Shown here one piece after another: positions 1 through 17,123 of a DNA stretch of 64,000 bases. The position numbers were made by a program, and so were the translations under genes. Position 1 is the stretch's first letter. The number at the start of each line of letters is the position of its first letter. The stretch comes from the human T2T-CHM13v2.0 reference genome, Homo sapiens, in assembly GCF_009914755.1 (NCBI RefSeq), contig NC_060947.1. The stretch is one strand, 5' to 3'. A model generated the notes under the pieces. That model was not told the DNA's origin, did not search any database, and saw nothing but the letters and a program-made list of their open reading frames with translations.

Positions 1-537
1 AAGCTACCTGCACACAGTGGCACTGTCAGATCGACTGGGTGGGTGGAAGTGTCCTAGTCACAGATGTCACAGCTGAAGCATGTAAAGGTAAGTTATTTAC
101 TAAGACAAAGGCCTAAGTGTAGTTGTGGCAGAGCCAGGACCAAATTAAGAGCACCTGTCTCCTGGCTACCCTCTCATTTTCCCTGGACAGCTGCACACCT
201 GAGTCTATAATGCCTACTTTGGCTATGAGTCATGTAGGCATTAGAGATTGTAAAATCCAAAGCAGATTTTAAACCCATTTTTTAACTTGGTCCTAATTTT
301 TCTTTTAAATCCTAACTAAAATGCCACCCCACCTCATTCGCCCCCAAAAGAGATATTTCTTGGGACTAAATTGAAAGGTAATGTTCTCTTACCTACTGAC
401 GAATAATGTAACTTGAAAGCAAGGTTTAGTATGAGCATGCGATTTCCTCCTTCCCCAGCGTTCAGTAGTACTAGCATTTGAATGTGGTTATTCTGTTTGG
501 ACTCTGCCTTCTGCTGCTTGTCAAGAGGCTACAAGTA

Positions 538-667
538 GGCCAGGCATGGTGGCTCATGCCTGTAATCCCAGCATTTTGGGAGGCAGAGACGGGCGCATTG
601 CTTGAGCTCAGGAGTTTGAGACCAGCCTGGGCAACACGGTGAAACCCCATCTCTATAAAAAAAAATT
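538..667 (+). mobile_element. Free left Alu monomer (FLAM-like) in an OCRL intron
   Basis: Left Alu arm ending in an A-tail, flanked by a decayed TSD (gaggctacaagta / gaggctagaatta). Confidence 0.75.
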
Positions 668-963
668 TTAAAGGAGGCTAGAATTAGAACACCTGGTTTC
701 CTGCTCTAGCCATCTAGTCCCCTGCCTTATTAGGTACAGGCTAAAACCTTTGAAAAGATCATTTTCCTATTTGAAATAACATTTCACATGGATTAGAGAA
801 ATGCTAAAGGAAAAATGTGTTATTTTCACACCTCCATTTGTAATTATTAACACACATACCACCCTTCCCTTTTGCTTCCTGCTGCTCTTCTGATCCTTGG
901 GTAATCATCATAACCTCAGGAGTGATTATCTTGCCTGTCCCTTCATTCTGACTTCTTTGGTAG

Positions 964-1843
<880 letters not shown>

Positions 1844-2629
1844 TAGAGAAGTCGTCAGTTTTACAGAGCCAGATAGGCAGCCAGCTGTCTGGTAGGATGG
1901 GTCTGCATCTGTTATTAATGGCAGGACACCAACATTGAGAGTTGCTACCCTTAAATTTTAGGTTGTGTTGTTTCCTACGATATTTGCCACCTTTTTCCCA
2001 TTGGCCTATTTCTGTTTACAGAAAACATAGTGGGGTGGATCCCTCTACTCTGGGGTAAATTGGTGAAGCTGATTGTACGTGGAATTCTGGCTGACATTAC
2101 CAGGAAGGATGGGTGACACTTGGGAGCCTTTCTTCTTTTTCTCTTCTTGGTGTGTGTTTTTAATCCTGAAATGATTTTAATGCACAGTAGCTGACAGTAC
2201 CTGTGAATTGGACTAGTGAGTATTGAGAGGAGTCCCCATCCATGCTAAGTGACATTGTAAAGAAAACCATTCAAACAAAAAAGAACAGAAAACCATTCAG
2301 CTTGGTAGGTGCCGTGGCTACATGCCTACGGAAATGGGAAAAGAACAGATGAACACTGACCTATTGTGAGGCAGGGTGTGCGTATGAATGTGTGATGACC
2401 ACGTGGCCTGGTCATTGAGTGGACAGGGACCAAACAGCACGGCCACTCTTACTTTGAAGTTATAATTTGGAAGGTATTGTGTTGGCCATGAGGAGATAAT
2501 AGAAGTTAGACAGATGAAATGGGTCCTGCAAGGGTTGGATTATAGACTACTATTACAGCAGCTGTAAGTTCCTCTTACTTTCATCTTCCACCTGTTTTTC
2601 TCACTGCCTGCCCCTATTTTTAAAAACAG

Positions 2630-2741
2630 GTGATCTCCCAGCTTCCGAGATGCCATAGAAATGTTTTCCGTTACTTGATGGCATTCCTTCGAGAACTCTT
2701 AAAATTCTCTGAATACAATAGCGTCAATGCCAACATGATCG
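2630..2741 (+). CDS. OCRL: OCRL coding exon (112 nt), [37 protein letters not shown](A)
   Basis: aaaCAG acceptor and G|GTAAGA donor. Matches the start of ORF 2630..2872. RhoGAP-like 'LPxxHRxxxxYLxxFL...N' motif. Confidence 0.96.
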
Positions 2742-2884
2742 GTAAGAGTGCTTCATGCAACACGGGGCGTTTGTTGAGAATACTCTTAGTGCATTGTATC
2801 CAGTATATACCTTACTGCATATGCAGGCACATGGCAGTCAATAGTCCTTGTCCCCAGGCCCTCCAGCCCTGAGGTTTTGCTTAG

Positions 2885-3055
<171 letters not shown>

Positions 3056-5340
3056 GGCTTTTACTGTTCTCTGATATTCTAGAAGCAGACGATCTCGGGC
3101 TCCAAGTATTTCAGAATGATTTAAAAAGTCATGCCACAGGAAGGGTCTATTGCAGAATTTCAAGTTCTGTTTATAGTAAAAAGGAAGAGCGTTTCCTAAT
3201 CCCTCCTTTACCATATCCTACACAGAAAAATACTTTTAGACTTATATTGCCAAGCCAAAGTTACCATATTTTGGTGTTTTTGTGTTTTCTCTTTATAAGG
3301 CAAAAAGATCTGTATTTACACTCCTTCACCTAGGGATGTGTTTGTTGCCCTCCTACCCAATTGTCATGATTGTCCTTAGTACCCTAGGCCTAGATTCTGA
3401 GATCTTCCCATTCTAGGCCTACAAGCACTACTTGCTGTAGCTGAGACTTGTCTAGAGTCCTTTGTTTTGCACTTTTGACCCACCCCTTCCTGGATCACTC
3501 CTTTGCACTCCACTCCCCTCGTTCTGTCACTTTGAACGAAGTCTGAGTGAGGCTAGTGACTCCTTGGGTGTCCTCAACAGTGAATTCACTGTCTGCGTGC
3601 AGTTATTACATGCATTTGTGCATTTCTACTACAATGGCATCTTTATGTCTCTGTAACATTGGCCTTTTCATGGCTCCACACTGGGTGGAACCATATTCTC
3701 TTAGATCACATTTAGTAGCATAACTGTAGGGACTATTAGAGATGGCATCTCATCGATGAGAGAGAATCACAATCAGAATGGAAGCACTTTGAGTATCTGA
3801 AGAGTGAGAGCATTCATGTTTGACAGGTCCTGCTTCCCACTATCCTTTTCCTGTTATTATTCAAATTTTACACAAGGACTAATCCTGGGTGTCTCTGAGA
3901 CCCATCTCCTGCCTAGACATCCACCTCCAGAGCAACACTGGCCCCACAGTAAAAGAGGAAGTCTTGTACCTCAGGCAGGCCCATCTAGAGCTATTGCTCC
4001 TTCCCACAGCAAAGGTATTGTGGATGACCCTTAGAATCCATTCTCTGGTCTTCTGAAATACCAAGGGCAGATGTCACCTCCTTCCTCAGCAGGACTGACT
4101 CTGGGCTCTACAACCAGCTCCTTCACATAAAGGGTTTAGAGACTCCCCTTGGCTCCCAGTCACCATATCCAGTGTTGTGTAAAGAGACTGGCCAACAGGA
4201 CCAACCAAGCACCTTACCTCTCCCATACAAGATGACCCTCTGAGCTTTTCATTTATTCAAGCTCTGTGGTACAGCCTTTTTTTAAAATAAATTAATCTAT
4301 ATTGGTTGACAAACAAGCCACCAACCACTGACTGCAAAACTGCCTGATGCAGTTGGGTTCCTCCTGGTTTTCTTTTGTTACAACCACCCTTGCCTGTTTA
4401 CATTAATTGCAAGGAGCATAACGTACAGGCTGTATGTACAATCCTGGGCATTGACTCTGTGACATTTCTAGCATATCCAAGGCACCACCAGTGATTTCTC
4501 CTGTTTCTTGGTGGGGGTGGGGGGGAAGGTACGTATTCTGCAATATGGCTAAACCCTTTCCTGATTGAGAGTTAAAGCAATAGGAGTCAAGTTACTGGTG
4601 CCACAGATCTGGAGGTATGATAGGTCAGGGGCTAGGTGTTGAACTTAGTTAATGGAAGACTGAGAGCAGAACAGGTTTGTCATCTCCGCAAGGCCAGAAA
4701 GTGATCACAAAAAGAGGCAGATGATAGACACTGGGGTAGGGTCATACCACAGGGAAATACCTTTCCTGGGCTTGTTTTCTAGCATATCACTGACCTGGGA
4801 TCTTTGGGTGATCAAGGGTGTGGTTAGTGGAGGCTCTGTGCTGCACGTATGCAGTATCCTATCTCTTTCTACATCAGATCAAAACACTAAGTTGGTGTAC
4901 TGCCTCGACCTTTTTTCAGCTCATCCTGGAACATATACAGAGTTGAGAGTTTTAGACAATCTCTAGGTAGAGGAGACAAGATGTAGACCCAGACAGAAGA
5001 AATCTGCTTCCCTACCATGGCTATTCCAGCACCCCAACCTGTAATTGCCAAGTCCTCTAAGGTACTAATTTGTAGCTGCTCTGAAGTAAGGATTTCGGAT
5101 TCAGCTGGTAGGGAAAGACTCTGCACCTGCTGTCTTAGGGAAGAAATGGTTCAAATCCATGTGGTGACATTGCATTAGTCTCCCTTTCACTGTTTTCTTA
5201 TTCTGTAATTGTTTGTTATATTTCCCAAAAACGTCTTGATCACTAAGCAAAGCTGCTAGTGGGATTCTATATTTCGTGTCATCTTTTTTATTATAATTTA
5301 TTGCAAATTTTTTTCTGAATAAATATATGTTGTGTGAAAA
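3056..5340 (+). other. OCRL: OCRL 3'UTR (~2.3 kb; end approximate)
   Basis: Repeat-free sequence from the stop codon to an AATAAA with a U-rich upstream region and a GT-rich downstream region. Confidence 0.8.
5318..5323 (+). terminator. OCRL main polyadenylation signal AATAAA
   Basis: AATAAA preceded by U-rich sequence and followed by tgttgtgtg and gtgtgattttggtg. Confidence 0.8.
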
Positions 5341-6589
5341 AGCAAAGTGTGATTTTGGTGAGGAAGCACTCAGAAGGGAGGGCTTATGTGTCACTGGGTT
5401 CCATTCGACTTGACTGCAGTCCCCATCAGCTGTGCCTGCACTGTCATCACCTGTCTTACAGGGAAATACCATTTATAAGAATTCTTAGTATATTCACCCT
5501 CAGAGATGAGAAGAAACCATGCGTTTTCAGAGGCTAATAAAGGTGTCCTGTACTTTCAGAGGCCAGCCAAGTACCCTTATTTTAACCCTAAGGATTCAGG
5601 CAACAAAACAACTCAATTAGAGGAAAGGATGTTGATTCTTAATGCATGTAAATGTCACACTAGGTCAGATCTGTGATCCCTCCGGCCCCAGAAACAAACC
5701 CTAAGATACACATCTGGGGAGAACCCAGCTACCCCTGCTCAGTAGTCTCAGTAGTTTAGACGCGCTTCCCCAAAGAGCTTGTTTTCACATAATCCTATTT
5801 TGCAGCTTTTGAAAACCAGTTTTGAACTTTTATGACTTCTTGGGGTGATCAAGTCCATAAATTTAGTACTTTTTTGTTGTTCTAATCTGAACTGCCTAAC
5901 ACGTTGGGAGGAAACCGCTGATTTGAGCATGGTGCCAATGCTTCCCTGCCAATCTCCATTATGAATTTGTGGATTCTGATTCCATTCCCTTTGAGACTGA
6001 AGAAGCCTCAGCTGGAGGTTTCTTCTCTACTAAGGCCCTCTTCCAATTCCCTCCAACTGTGAGCTTGACCCTGATGAATGTGCTGACTCAGTGTTGTCAT
6101 AAACAACTTTCAAAGCCCCACCCAAAGCCTTGGCAGGAGAAGGTGTTTCTTTCTGAGAGTGATTTTCCCCCCAGCAGATGGAGACTGACACCAGAAGTTT
6201 TTACATAGTAGCAGGCAATGAGAATAGCAGGCAGGTGGTCAGTCTTTCCAGAGGTTAGAGAGGAAATGGCATCCCCAGCTGTGAGGCTTCTGTTATAGGA
6301 GACCCATTAGGACCTTTCTGATTGCAGGGCAAGTTGAAGAACTGGCTCTTGGTGTAGCCTCATAATGTAAAAGCCACACATTGCAACAGTGGCATCACTA
6401 AATGTTAGGGAGAGAACCTTAGTGGTGACCTAATCCAATCTCATTGTTTGGATAGGGAAAGTCTCAGAGGGGACAATGACTGACCTAAGGTTACTTAGGT
6501 TAGTGACACTGCATGGCATAGTGGCATTTGTTTTTTCAAGCAGTTCTACTCTGCTTGCCCATTAATTCCTTTGGTGGCATCTTATCAAT

Positions 6590-7460
6590 TTCCGTGGCTG
6601 TAAATGTCTGTAATACCCCTGATTCCAAATGTTACGTCTCCACCTCATAGCTCTCTTCCGAGTTCCTGCCCAGTATATCCAATTAGTTAGCTGGCATCTC
6701 CCCTCAGATGTCTCACAGGCATGTCAAGCTTCACACGTCCAAAGTGGAATTCTTTTACTTCTGGTTCTTTTACTACCACCCAACCTAGATCCTCTACCTG
6801 TCTTCCCTCAGCTCAGAGAATGTCAACACCATCTGCCCAGTTGCTGGGGCTAAGCATCTAGGAGTTAGCCTTGATTTCTCTCTTTCCTACCGACCGACCA
6901 CCTCAGCAACGTGCCCCACGCGTCTGCTTTTCATCACCCCCACTGCCAATTTTATTGGTCAAGGCCACCACCATCATCCCTTCTTAGGGTGTCGTCATGG
7001 CCTCCTGCCTAGTCTTCTTTCTCTCTCTCTCTCTTTTTTTTCTTTTTTGAGACAGGGTCTTACTCTGTTGCCTCAGCTGGAGTGCAGTGGCATGATCGGC
7101 TCACTGCTGCAGCCTGACTTCCCAGGTTCAAGCGATGCTCCCACCTCAGCCTCCGAGTAGCTGGGACTGTAGGCGCACATTACCAAGCCTGGCTAATTAA
7201 AAAAAAAATAATTGTAGAGGTAGGGTCCCCCTGTGTTGCCCAGGCTGGTCTCAAACTCCTGGGCTCAAGCAGTCCTCCCACCTTGGCTTCACAAAGTGCT
7301 GGGATTAGAGGCATGAGCCCACCATGCCCTGCCTGGTCTTTTTAACTTTGCTGCCCTCCAATCCATTTTCCACGCAGCAGGCAGCATGACTTAATTACAT
7401 CAGTCTCATCCCTCCCCTGTTGATAACCCTTCAGCGACATTTACAATGAAACCTAAGCTT
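6590..7460. mobile_element. L2 fragments interrupted by an Alu
   Basis: L2-like phrases (cacgtccaaagtggaattc, ccattttccacgcagcag, cccaccaggccctgcat). Confidence 0.55.
7034..7333 (-). mobile_element. Alu (AluJ-like)
   Basis: Poly-T head, gagacagggtcttactctg...gggattagaggcatgagc, older divergent pattern. Confidence 0.9.
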
Positions 7461-7486
7461 CGCCATGGCCCACCAGGCCCTGCATC

Positions 7487-7660
7487 AATGGGTCTCAAAT
7501 CTTCATGTGCAGAAGAATCACCTGGATACATTGTTAAAAAGCAGATTCCTAGGCTCCAGAAATTCTGAGTCAGTTGGTCTGAGAGGAGGCACAGGAGTCT
7601 GCATTCTAAATCAGGACCCAAGAGCATTTTGATGCAGGACCACACTTTGAGAATACCACC
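7487..7660. mobile_element. MER5A-like hAT-Charlie DNA transposon
   Basis: tctcaaa...gaatcacctgga...aaagcagattcc...ggaccacactttgagaa. Confidence 0.7.
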
Positions 7661-8019
7661 CTAAAGGATCTGACCTCTGCCTACCATAACCCTTCCTCAC
7701 CCCTGCCAATATACTCTGATACTGTCCTTTTACTCCTCCCAGTGAGCTGAACTCTTTCCAGCCTCAGGGCCTTTGCATGTGCTGTTTACCCAGAAAACTC
7801 CTTCCTCTCTCTTTCTTGCCTCAGTCCCCATCTTTGCTGTGCCTAACCCTAAGTCACCCGCCCTGTCCCATTGACTCTCTGCCCTCATTCCTGGGCTTCC
7901 TGGTATAGCATGCTGGCTGACTGCCCCTGGGCTTGCCATGTACTCTTCCACAATCTTCCTCTTCCTCTCTTGATGACCTCACGTACCTGCTCCACGGGGC
8001 CTGGGGAGGCAGGAAGCTA

Positions 8020-8330
8020 TAGTGGTTCTTCACATAGGCTCTAATGACCAGACTGCCTGAGTTCAAATCCCAGCTCTGCCACTTCTAGATGTGTGACCCT
8101 GATCAAAAGTTAATTGACGTCTCTGTGCCTTGGTTTCCATGTCTTTTCTCTCCAGCTTTATTGGGTATAATTGAGAAGACAAATTGTACGTATTGAAGGT
8201 GTTTCCACATCTTAAAAGTAATGATAGCACCTTTCCTCATAGTATCATCATGAGGATGAGATCAGATACTACATTTCCAGGCCTTGGAACAGTGCCTGGT
8301 GCCTAAGTGCTAAATAAATGGCAGCTAGTG
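8020..8330 (+). mobile_element. MIR
   Basis: gagttcaaatcccagctctgccacttctag...tctctgtgccttggtttcc...aacagtgcctggtg. Confidence 0.7.
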
Positions 8331-8619
8331 CAATTATTCCCAAGCCCTCCATGGGCCTCCAGGCCCAGAACCCGCTTCTGCTGCCCTTCAGCTCCCAGCA
8401 AGTGACTGTACCCTTTACTTTGTGAAAATGTCAAAACAGCCTTGCCCCCTGCACATCAAAATGTCTTCAGCTTAACCTCATCCCTCCCCCTTTCCATCTG
8501 TCTGAGAATAAGCGGTCCTCCTCGCCAAGACCAGCTCTTCCACCTGCACTTTTGAGCCCTTCTCCTCCACCCTCTCTGGACTTTTCCCCATCAACCATCA
8601 CTCCTCCTCCTACATCTCA

Positions 8620-9230
8620 GTATGGGTTATTCACTTGACAAGTATTTGTTGAGTGGCTCCTGTGCGCCCTGTGCTGTTCAAGGTGCTGGGGATCTAGAAT
8701 TAAACCAGACAAGGTTGCCGCTCTCATGGTGCCTTCATCAAGAGGGCAGGGCAGGGATGAGGGTGGACAGACATGCAAATTAACAGTACCCAAGGTCACT
8801 ACAGATCCTGACAAGTACTGTGGAGAGTATCAAACGGGGATGCACTCGAGGGTACAGCGGGGGGCCTTGGTCAGGAAAAGTTTATTTGAGGAGGTGATGT
8901 TTTAGCTGAGACTTAAACCTCAGGAAGCCAAGACACCGTATCTTGATTTGAATACCCCCAAAAAGAGCCACACGTGCAAGATCTGGCAAAAGACATTCTG
9001 AGCAAAGGAAAAGAGAAATGCAAAGGCCCTAAGGCAGCAAAACAGCTGGCTGTGCTCAGGGGACAGCCAGGCAGAACTCTGTGAGGGACAGGACTTGCTG
9101 GACAACTGATGAGCAGGAACGTGATCACAGAGGGCCTGAGGAACCCCAGGCAGGAGCTTGCATTTCATTCGACACCACAGGGAGCCATGGCTGGCTTTAC
9201 TCAGGGAAGTGACGTGATGTGACTTCTGTA
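8620..9230 (-). mobile_element. L2 3' region
   Basis: caagtatttgttgagtg...gaggaggtgatgtttagctgagac...gcaaaggccctaaggcag. Confidence 0.6.
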
Positions 9231-9339
9231 TGCTCCTTCTCCTAACCTTAGGAAGAGTAATAACTAATAACTCTAGCTGTCATTTATCCCAGATACTAAT
9301 ACATTTAACATCACTTTTGCCTTTACGATAGCCTGATAA

Positions 9340-9654
<315 letters not shown>

Positions 9655-10066
9655 ATTAGCCCACTTTTATAGGTGAGAAAACTGAGGCTCAGAGAGACAG
9701 CATAACTTGGTACTCGGCTAGTGGCTGACCAGAAAATGACTTCTGAGCCCAAAATTTGTGCTCTTAAACACAGCCATTGTCTCCCCAGCTGGAGTGGGCA
9801 TGAAGGTGAGGGTGCTTCTTAAAACCCCTATCCCTTCTAGCTACATCCCAAGATTTCATGTCAGCTAGATTGCCTGCTGGCAGGTCAAATTCAACTTCTC
9901 TTTGACCTTGACCAGCTTCTCCTGGCATCCTCCTCTCTCCCATCACCCAGGCCTAAGCTTTTGGTTATTTTTGGCCCCTGCCCCACTTTCTAATCAGTTA
10001 CCAATTGCAATTCAACAAATATTTATCCAGCACCTGCCAAGTGCAGGCTACCATGCAGGGTTCTGA

Positions 10067-10441
<375 letters not shown>

Positions 10442-10442
10442 T

Positions 10443-10556
10443 AAAAGAAGGAAAAAAAGGAAAGATGGATGAAAGAAGGGCAGGAAGGAAGAAAAGAGGG
10501 AGGAAGATGAGAAAAAGGGAAGAAAGCAAGAAAGAAGAAGGAGGGAGGAAGGAAGG
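10443..10556 (+). repeat. GA-rich polypurine low-complexity tract
   Basis: aaaagaaggaaaaaaaggaaag...ggaaggaagg. Confidence 0.85.
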
Positions 10557-11529
10557 ACCTCCACGGAAAAGGGGCCGAGATCAGCTCAACCGCAGTCTCT
10601 AGCTGGCCCCTCCTTTCCACTGCGCATTTCCCAGCCCCTCCAACTCCTGCCCCACCCCCCCACCAATAAAATTCAAACACTCATTGCCTCATGTAAGGAG
10701 TTAAATCGCCTGATGTATTTAACTCCTTTCTAACTAATTTCTCAGTTGCCAGTTTCTCTCCCTGTACACATCACTGCACTGTTTTGATGTCTCTCCCCTA
10801 TTCCAGACCCCTGCTGGCCCCCCAGCCCACTTGCCACAGAAGTTCCAATCCTTCTGCCTGGCATGCAAAGCTCTCCTTAGTCTCTTCCACCCACCTCTCA
10901 GGCTGAGTCTCCCACTCGACCTTCTCATGCCGTTCCCTTCCCTAAACTCATGCGCACTCTCTGCTTTGGCTCGGTGGTCTGTACCAGCCACCTGGAACCC
11001 TCCAGCCCCCACCTCTCCACCTGCCCAAACCCCATCAAACCCAAATGTCACCTCTTCCAGGAAGCCTTTTCCCACAACCCCTGCCCACCACCCCCCTCCC
11101 CCGAACTCCTAGAACCTGCCCTCTGTACCACTATTTTAACACACTACATACCAAAGGATGTTGTTGCCCCTTTGGGACTGGAAGCTTCAGGAGAGTGGGA
11201 ACCAAGCTGGGCGTATTTTAGTTTCCCCACAATGCCTTGCAGAGAGTAAGTGTTCAATGATGTTTGGCTAATAAATAAAGATTGTCTGTTAAAGCATAAG
11301 TGTATCCAATAAGTGTTCCTGAAATGTATATACATTTAATTATTCATTCTGAGCTCTATTAACTTTAGAGGAGTTCATGTGGTAGGGGGGGACTTACTGA
11401 ATTATATTAATGTAATCCAAGAAGATAATAGTTTTTAGCAACCACACAGTACTGTTATTTTCTATTGTTTTGTAGGCAACAAAATCAGCCTTGTTAAATT
11501 TGCTTTTTAAAATTGATTCTCAAAGTTTA

Positions 11530-12357
<828 letters not shown>

Positions 12358-14098
12358 CCTGTTTTGTGCTTTTTACCATGATTAACATTTTTTTTTTATC
12401 TTAAGTGATTTTCCAAAGGCAAGTCTGATCACATCACCCCTCTCTGGGTCCCAGAATTCTTACCTGGACCCACAAGCCTTGGCTTGTCTGCTTGTCATGG
12501 ACTCAAGCCTCCTCCCACATCCTGCCATCCCCCATTCTTTCAGATGAGATGAGGCACATTCACGGTGGTATGGCCGTAGACCCATCCCCCATTTTTTCAG
12601 ACTGGACTTCTGTCCTTGTCTGCTCCTTGCTCCCTCTCACCACAGAGCCAACTCCTCCCAAGGCCTCAGTCTCTGCGAAAACAACACTTTCTCTGAGGAG
12701 CTTTCCCTGGCCACCTCCTAGCCTAGGCTGTAACATGTCCTTGTGACACGCTCTCCTTGCACCCTTTCCTCTCCTTCACTTTGTAATTACACATTTATTA
12801 TTTGATCAAGGTCACTCTCTCCCACCAGCTCAGGAACGCTGCTGAGGCAGAGACCACATCTTTTCCTCCCCTTACTATCATATCTCCAGCAGCTAGCCTG
12901 ATGCCTGGCATCCAGTAATCTTCATCATTGATTATTCCAGTGTTGGCAAAGGCAAGGAAAAACAAGCCCGCCTGCTGCTTGGACAAGAGTAAATAAGTGT
13001 CACCTTTCTAAAAGCAATGTGGCAACATGCATTAAGAGCCTGGAAGCATTCACACTCGTAATTTCACTTCTAGGAAATCACCCTAGAGGAGCGCAATGGC
13101 GTAAGTCCACCCCTGTTCATCTCAACATACTCATTAGCACAAAAAACAAAGCAATTTACATAACCTTCATCACCAGAAGAAGGGTAAACACATTGTAGAT
13201 GTTTATGGATATATTATGGCGCCTTTTCAAATAATGTTTTTGAGGAATTGTGATGTGGAAAAATGTTAGGATATAACATGAGGTGGAAAAGGCAGCATAT
13301 AAGTAGGTATGTACCTAATGTTCCTAAATTTAAAATATCAGATATAAAGATAATACATAGGCACAAAAATAGTGGAAGTCCATTCTCCAAACTGTTAATA
13401 GCAGTCACCCCTAGAGGGTGGCATCATGGGCAGTCGTGGCTTCAGAATGTCTACATAGGAGGGTTTAGAAACCATCGAAAGGTAGGCTAGGGGATTCGTC
13501 TTGAAGCTGCAAGATGGCCTTTGCTTAGCAAGCAGGGTTTTGCCTTACACTGCATCTATATTCAGAGTCACTATGGGGGTGCTGATGGAGATTAGGATAA
13601 AGCCCCCAAGCCACTCTCTGGAGCCAATCTCAATTTTTTTTTTTTTTTACTCTTATTTATATGTCTGGTTTTCTAAATGCTCTACAATGAAGATGTATGA
13701 CTTTTATAATCAGAAAAAGATTAAGGAAAACATTATTTCATGAAAGAAAGGCACTTCTGTGTGTTGGGATGAATGAACACAGTGTCCTGCTCAAGCACAT
13801 AGGCGGCTGGACAGGGCCTTGCCAGCACAGTCGCTCACCGCAGCTCCCTCACATCACAAGCCTGCCCTCTCCCTCGCACCCGCAGGCATCTGTCCTCCAG
13901 CTGCTGACACAGCTGGGCAGCAAAGGTCCCATCTTGACTGTGCACCTCGGAGGCAGCACCGTGGAGCATGGAGTTCTAAGGCATGTCCACGGGCCAAGCA
14001 CACTTGTAAAGGCCATTTGACAACAATGGGCTATACCCCTCTACCTCTAACGGTGGCCCTGGCTTTGAAGAGCAAGGATCGTTTTCTGATTGTAGCTG

Positions 14099-14117
14099 TG
14101 GCCACTAGATGGCAGAG
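14099..14117 (+). promoter_or_regulatory. CTCF consensus motif TGGCCACTAGATGGCAGAG
   Basis: Core CCACTAGATGGCAG at 14102-14115 matches CCASYAGRKGGCRS exactly. Confidence 0.6.
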
Positions 14118-14626
14118 GAGAATGACGGTTTCCAGTTGTATAATAAAATTGGTATTTAAAGCTGCAGTTACTTTTCTTATTTCATGATCATTTCTATTTT
14201 GGGAAATTCGGTTGACTTTTCTCCTTACAGTCTCTTACTTATGGCCTTAAAAGTCCACAAAAACAAAAACTTTTTTTTTTCAGAACTAGGTTAAAAGTAT
14301 CTAAAGTTCATGGAAGTTTCAGCACTCTTCATTGAACACAGGTAGAATTAAATCACATTTTCCTCTCTTGCCTCTTTCACTGTCCATCAATGTTTCAAGT
14401 TATTTTGAAAGTGTCAACAATGGTTGGGAGGTGATCTCACTGCTGAAAGGTAATGACTTCGATCTTCTCTGGAGAGGGGTCAGCTGGGAAGGAACGATGG
14501 AATCAATCGAGGCAGTTGGAGAGGCGGGGAGAAACACAGTTGTGACCTGGGAAGAAACAGACTAATCCCTGGCCAGAAGATGGCACAGCAAAGTGGAGAG
14601 GAAGGAGACCAAAAGGGAATGGGGCT

Positions 14627-15084
14627 TGTTACAGGTTCAGTTGTATCCCCCCAAAATCGATATGTTGAAGTCCTAATCCCCAGTACCTGTGAATGTGACC
14701 TTATTTGGAAATAGACTCGTCACAGATATAATTAGTTAAGTAAGATGAGGTTATACTGGGAGTAGGGTGGGCCCTAATCTAATATAACTGGTTTCCTTAT
14801 AAAAAAGGGAAATTTGGACAGAGACACACACACAGGGAGAACACTGTGTAAAGGCAAAGGCAGGGATCAGGGTGATGCATCTCTAAGCCAAAGAATGCCA
14901 AAAATTGCCAGCAAACCATCAGAAGCTCAGGATGGGCATGAGACAGATTCTCTTTCACAGCCCTCAGAAGGAACCAACCCTGCTGACCTCGATTTCACAC
15001 TCTGGCCTCCAGATCTGTGAGACAACATGTTTCTAAGCCTCCCACTGTGGTACTTTGTTACTGCAGCCCTGGGAAACTAATACA
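14627..15084 (+). mobile_element. MaLR solo LTR (MLT1C-like)
   Basis: TG...CA ends. gaatgtgaccttatttggaaatag, gagacacacacacagggagaa, gaaggaaccaaccctgctgac, aaactaataca. Confidence 0.85.
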
Positions 15085-15173
15085 AGGATTTTGGAGCCAT
15101 GGAATAGTGGTAAAATCGTAATAGAATTTCTTCACTCACTTCTAGGACTGTTGGACCTGATACGTGGGGGTGA

Positions 15174-15556
<383 letters not shown>

Positions 15557-15888
15557 TGAACGAGTTGTCTCCACTTGTTGTCCCCACTTTCTTACCTCCA
15601 CTCACCCCTCAACCCTTTCTAGCCCATTCCTCTGACATGATTCTCACCAAGGTCACCAGCAACCTCCATGCTGCCAAAACCAAAGGTCGTTTCTCAGTCC
15701 TCACCTAACCCAACCTCTCAGCAGCATTCCACCCCTTCTTCAGGAACACTCCCTTCACCGGGGTGCAGGAACTCCACACTCTTCCCAGAGTTCCTGCTGC
15801 CTCACCAACCACTCCATCTCCATCTCCATTGCAGGCTCCTCTACTTTCTTGGCCCCGCCACTAGATGATGGCATGTGCTGAGGTTTAG

Positions 15889-16359
<471 letters not shown>

Positions 16360-16364
16360 AACCA

Positions 16365-16505
16365 TGCTCATTTGTTTATATATTGTCTATACTTGCTTTG
16401 GGGCTGCAACAGCAGAGTTGAGTGGTTGCTACAGAGACTGTATGGTCTGCAGAGTCTAAAATACTTACTATCTGACCCTTTACAGAAAGTTTGCCAAACT
16501 TTGAT
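16365..16505. mobile_element. MER58-like hAT element
   Basis: gcagagttgagtggttgctacagagactgtatgg...ctatctgaccctttacagaaagtttgcc. Confidence 0.75.
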
Positions 16506-16510
16506 CTAGA

Positions 16511-16718
16511 CCAAGCTTGTCCAACCAGTGGCCCGTGGGCTGCATGCGACCCAGGACAGCTTTGCAGGCAGCCCAACACAAATTCATAAAATTTCTTAAA
16601 ACATTATGAGATGTTTTTGTGATTTGATTTTTTCTTTCTTTTTTTTTCTTTAGCTTTTCAGCTATCGTTAGTGTATTTTATGTGTGGCCCAGGGAAGCCA
16701 AAAGATTGGACAGCCCTG
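16511..16718. mobile_element. MER30-like hAT element
   Basis: tgtccaacc...cccaggacagctttg...aacacaaattc...ggcccagggaagccaaaagattggaca. Confidence 0.75.
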
Positions 16719-16948
16719 ATCTACACTGTGGTCTCAGCCTTCACCACTGAAGGCTTGGGGTCCCTTAACATAGTCAGACAGCCAGATGGGAAGGGCTCCC
16801 TGGCAGAACCTCCCACGGCCTGCGCACTGGGAAGAATGCGAAGTGGGGTGGAGCCACATAAGTTCCTGTCATTTGCAGCCGGGAGGCGCCAGGCCCCTCC
16901 TCTTCCTGGGTGGAACCTGAGATTCAGCAAGCGGAGACAACTCTTTCA

Positions 16949-17123
<175 letters not shown>

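Noticed and set aside
2742-2872. Continuation of ORF 2630..2872 past the exon
   Set aside because: It runs through a consensus GTAAGA donor. The spliced frame gives the recognised OCRL C-terminus.
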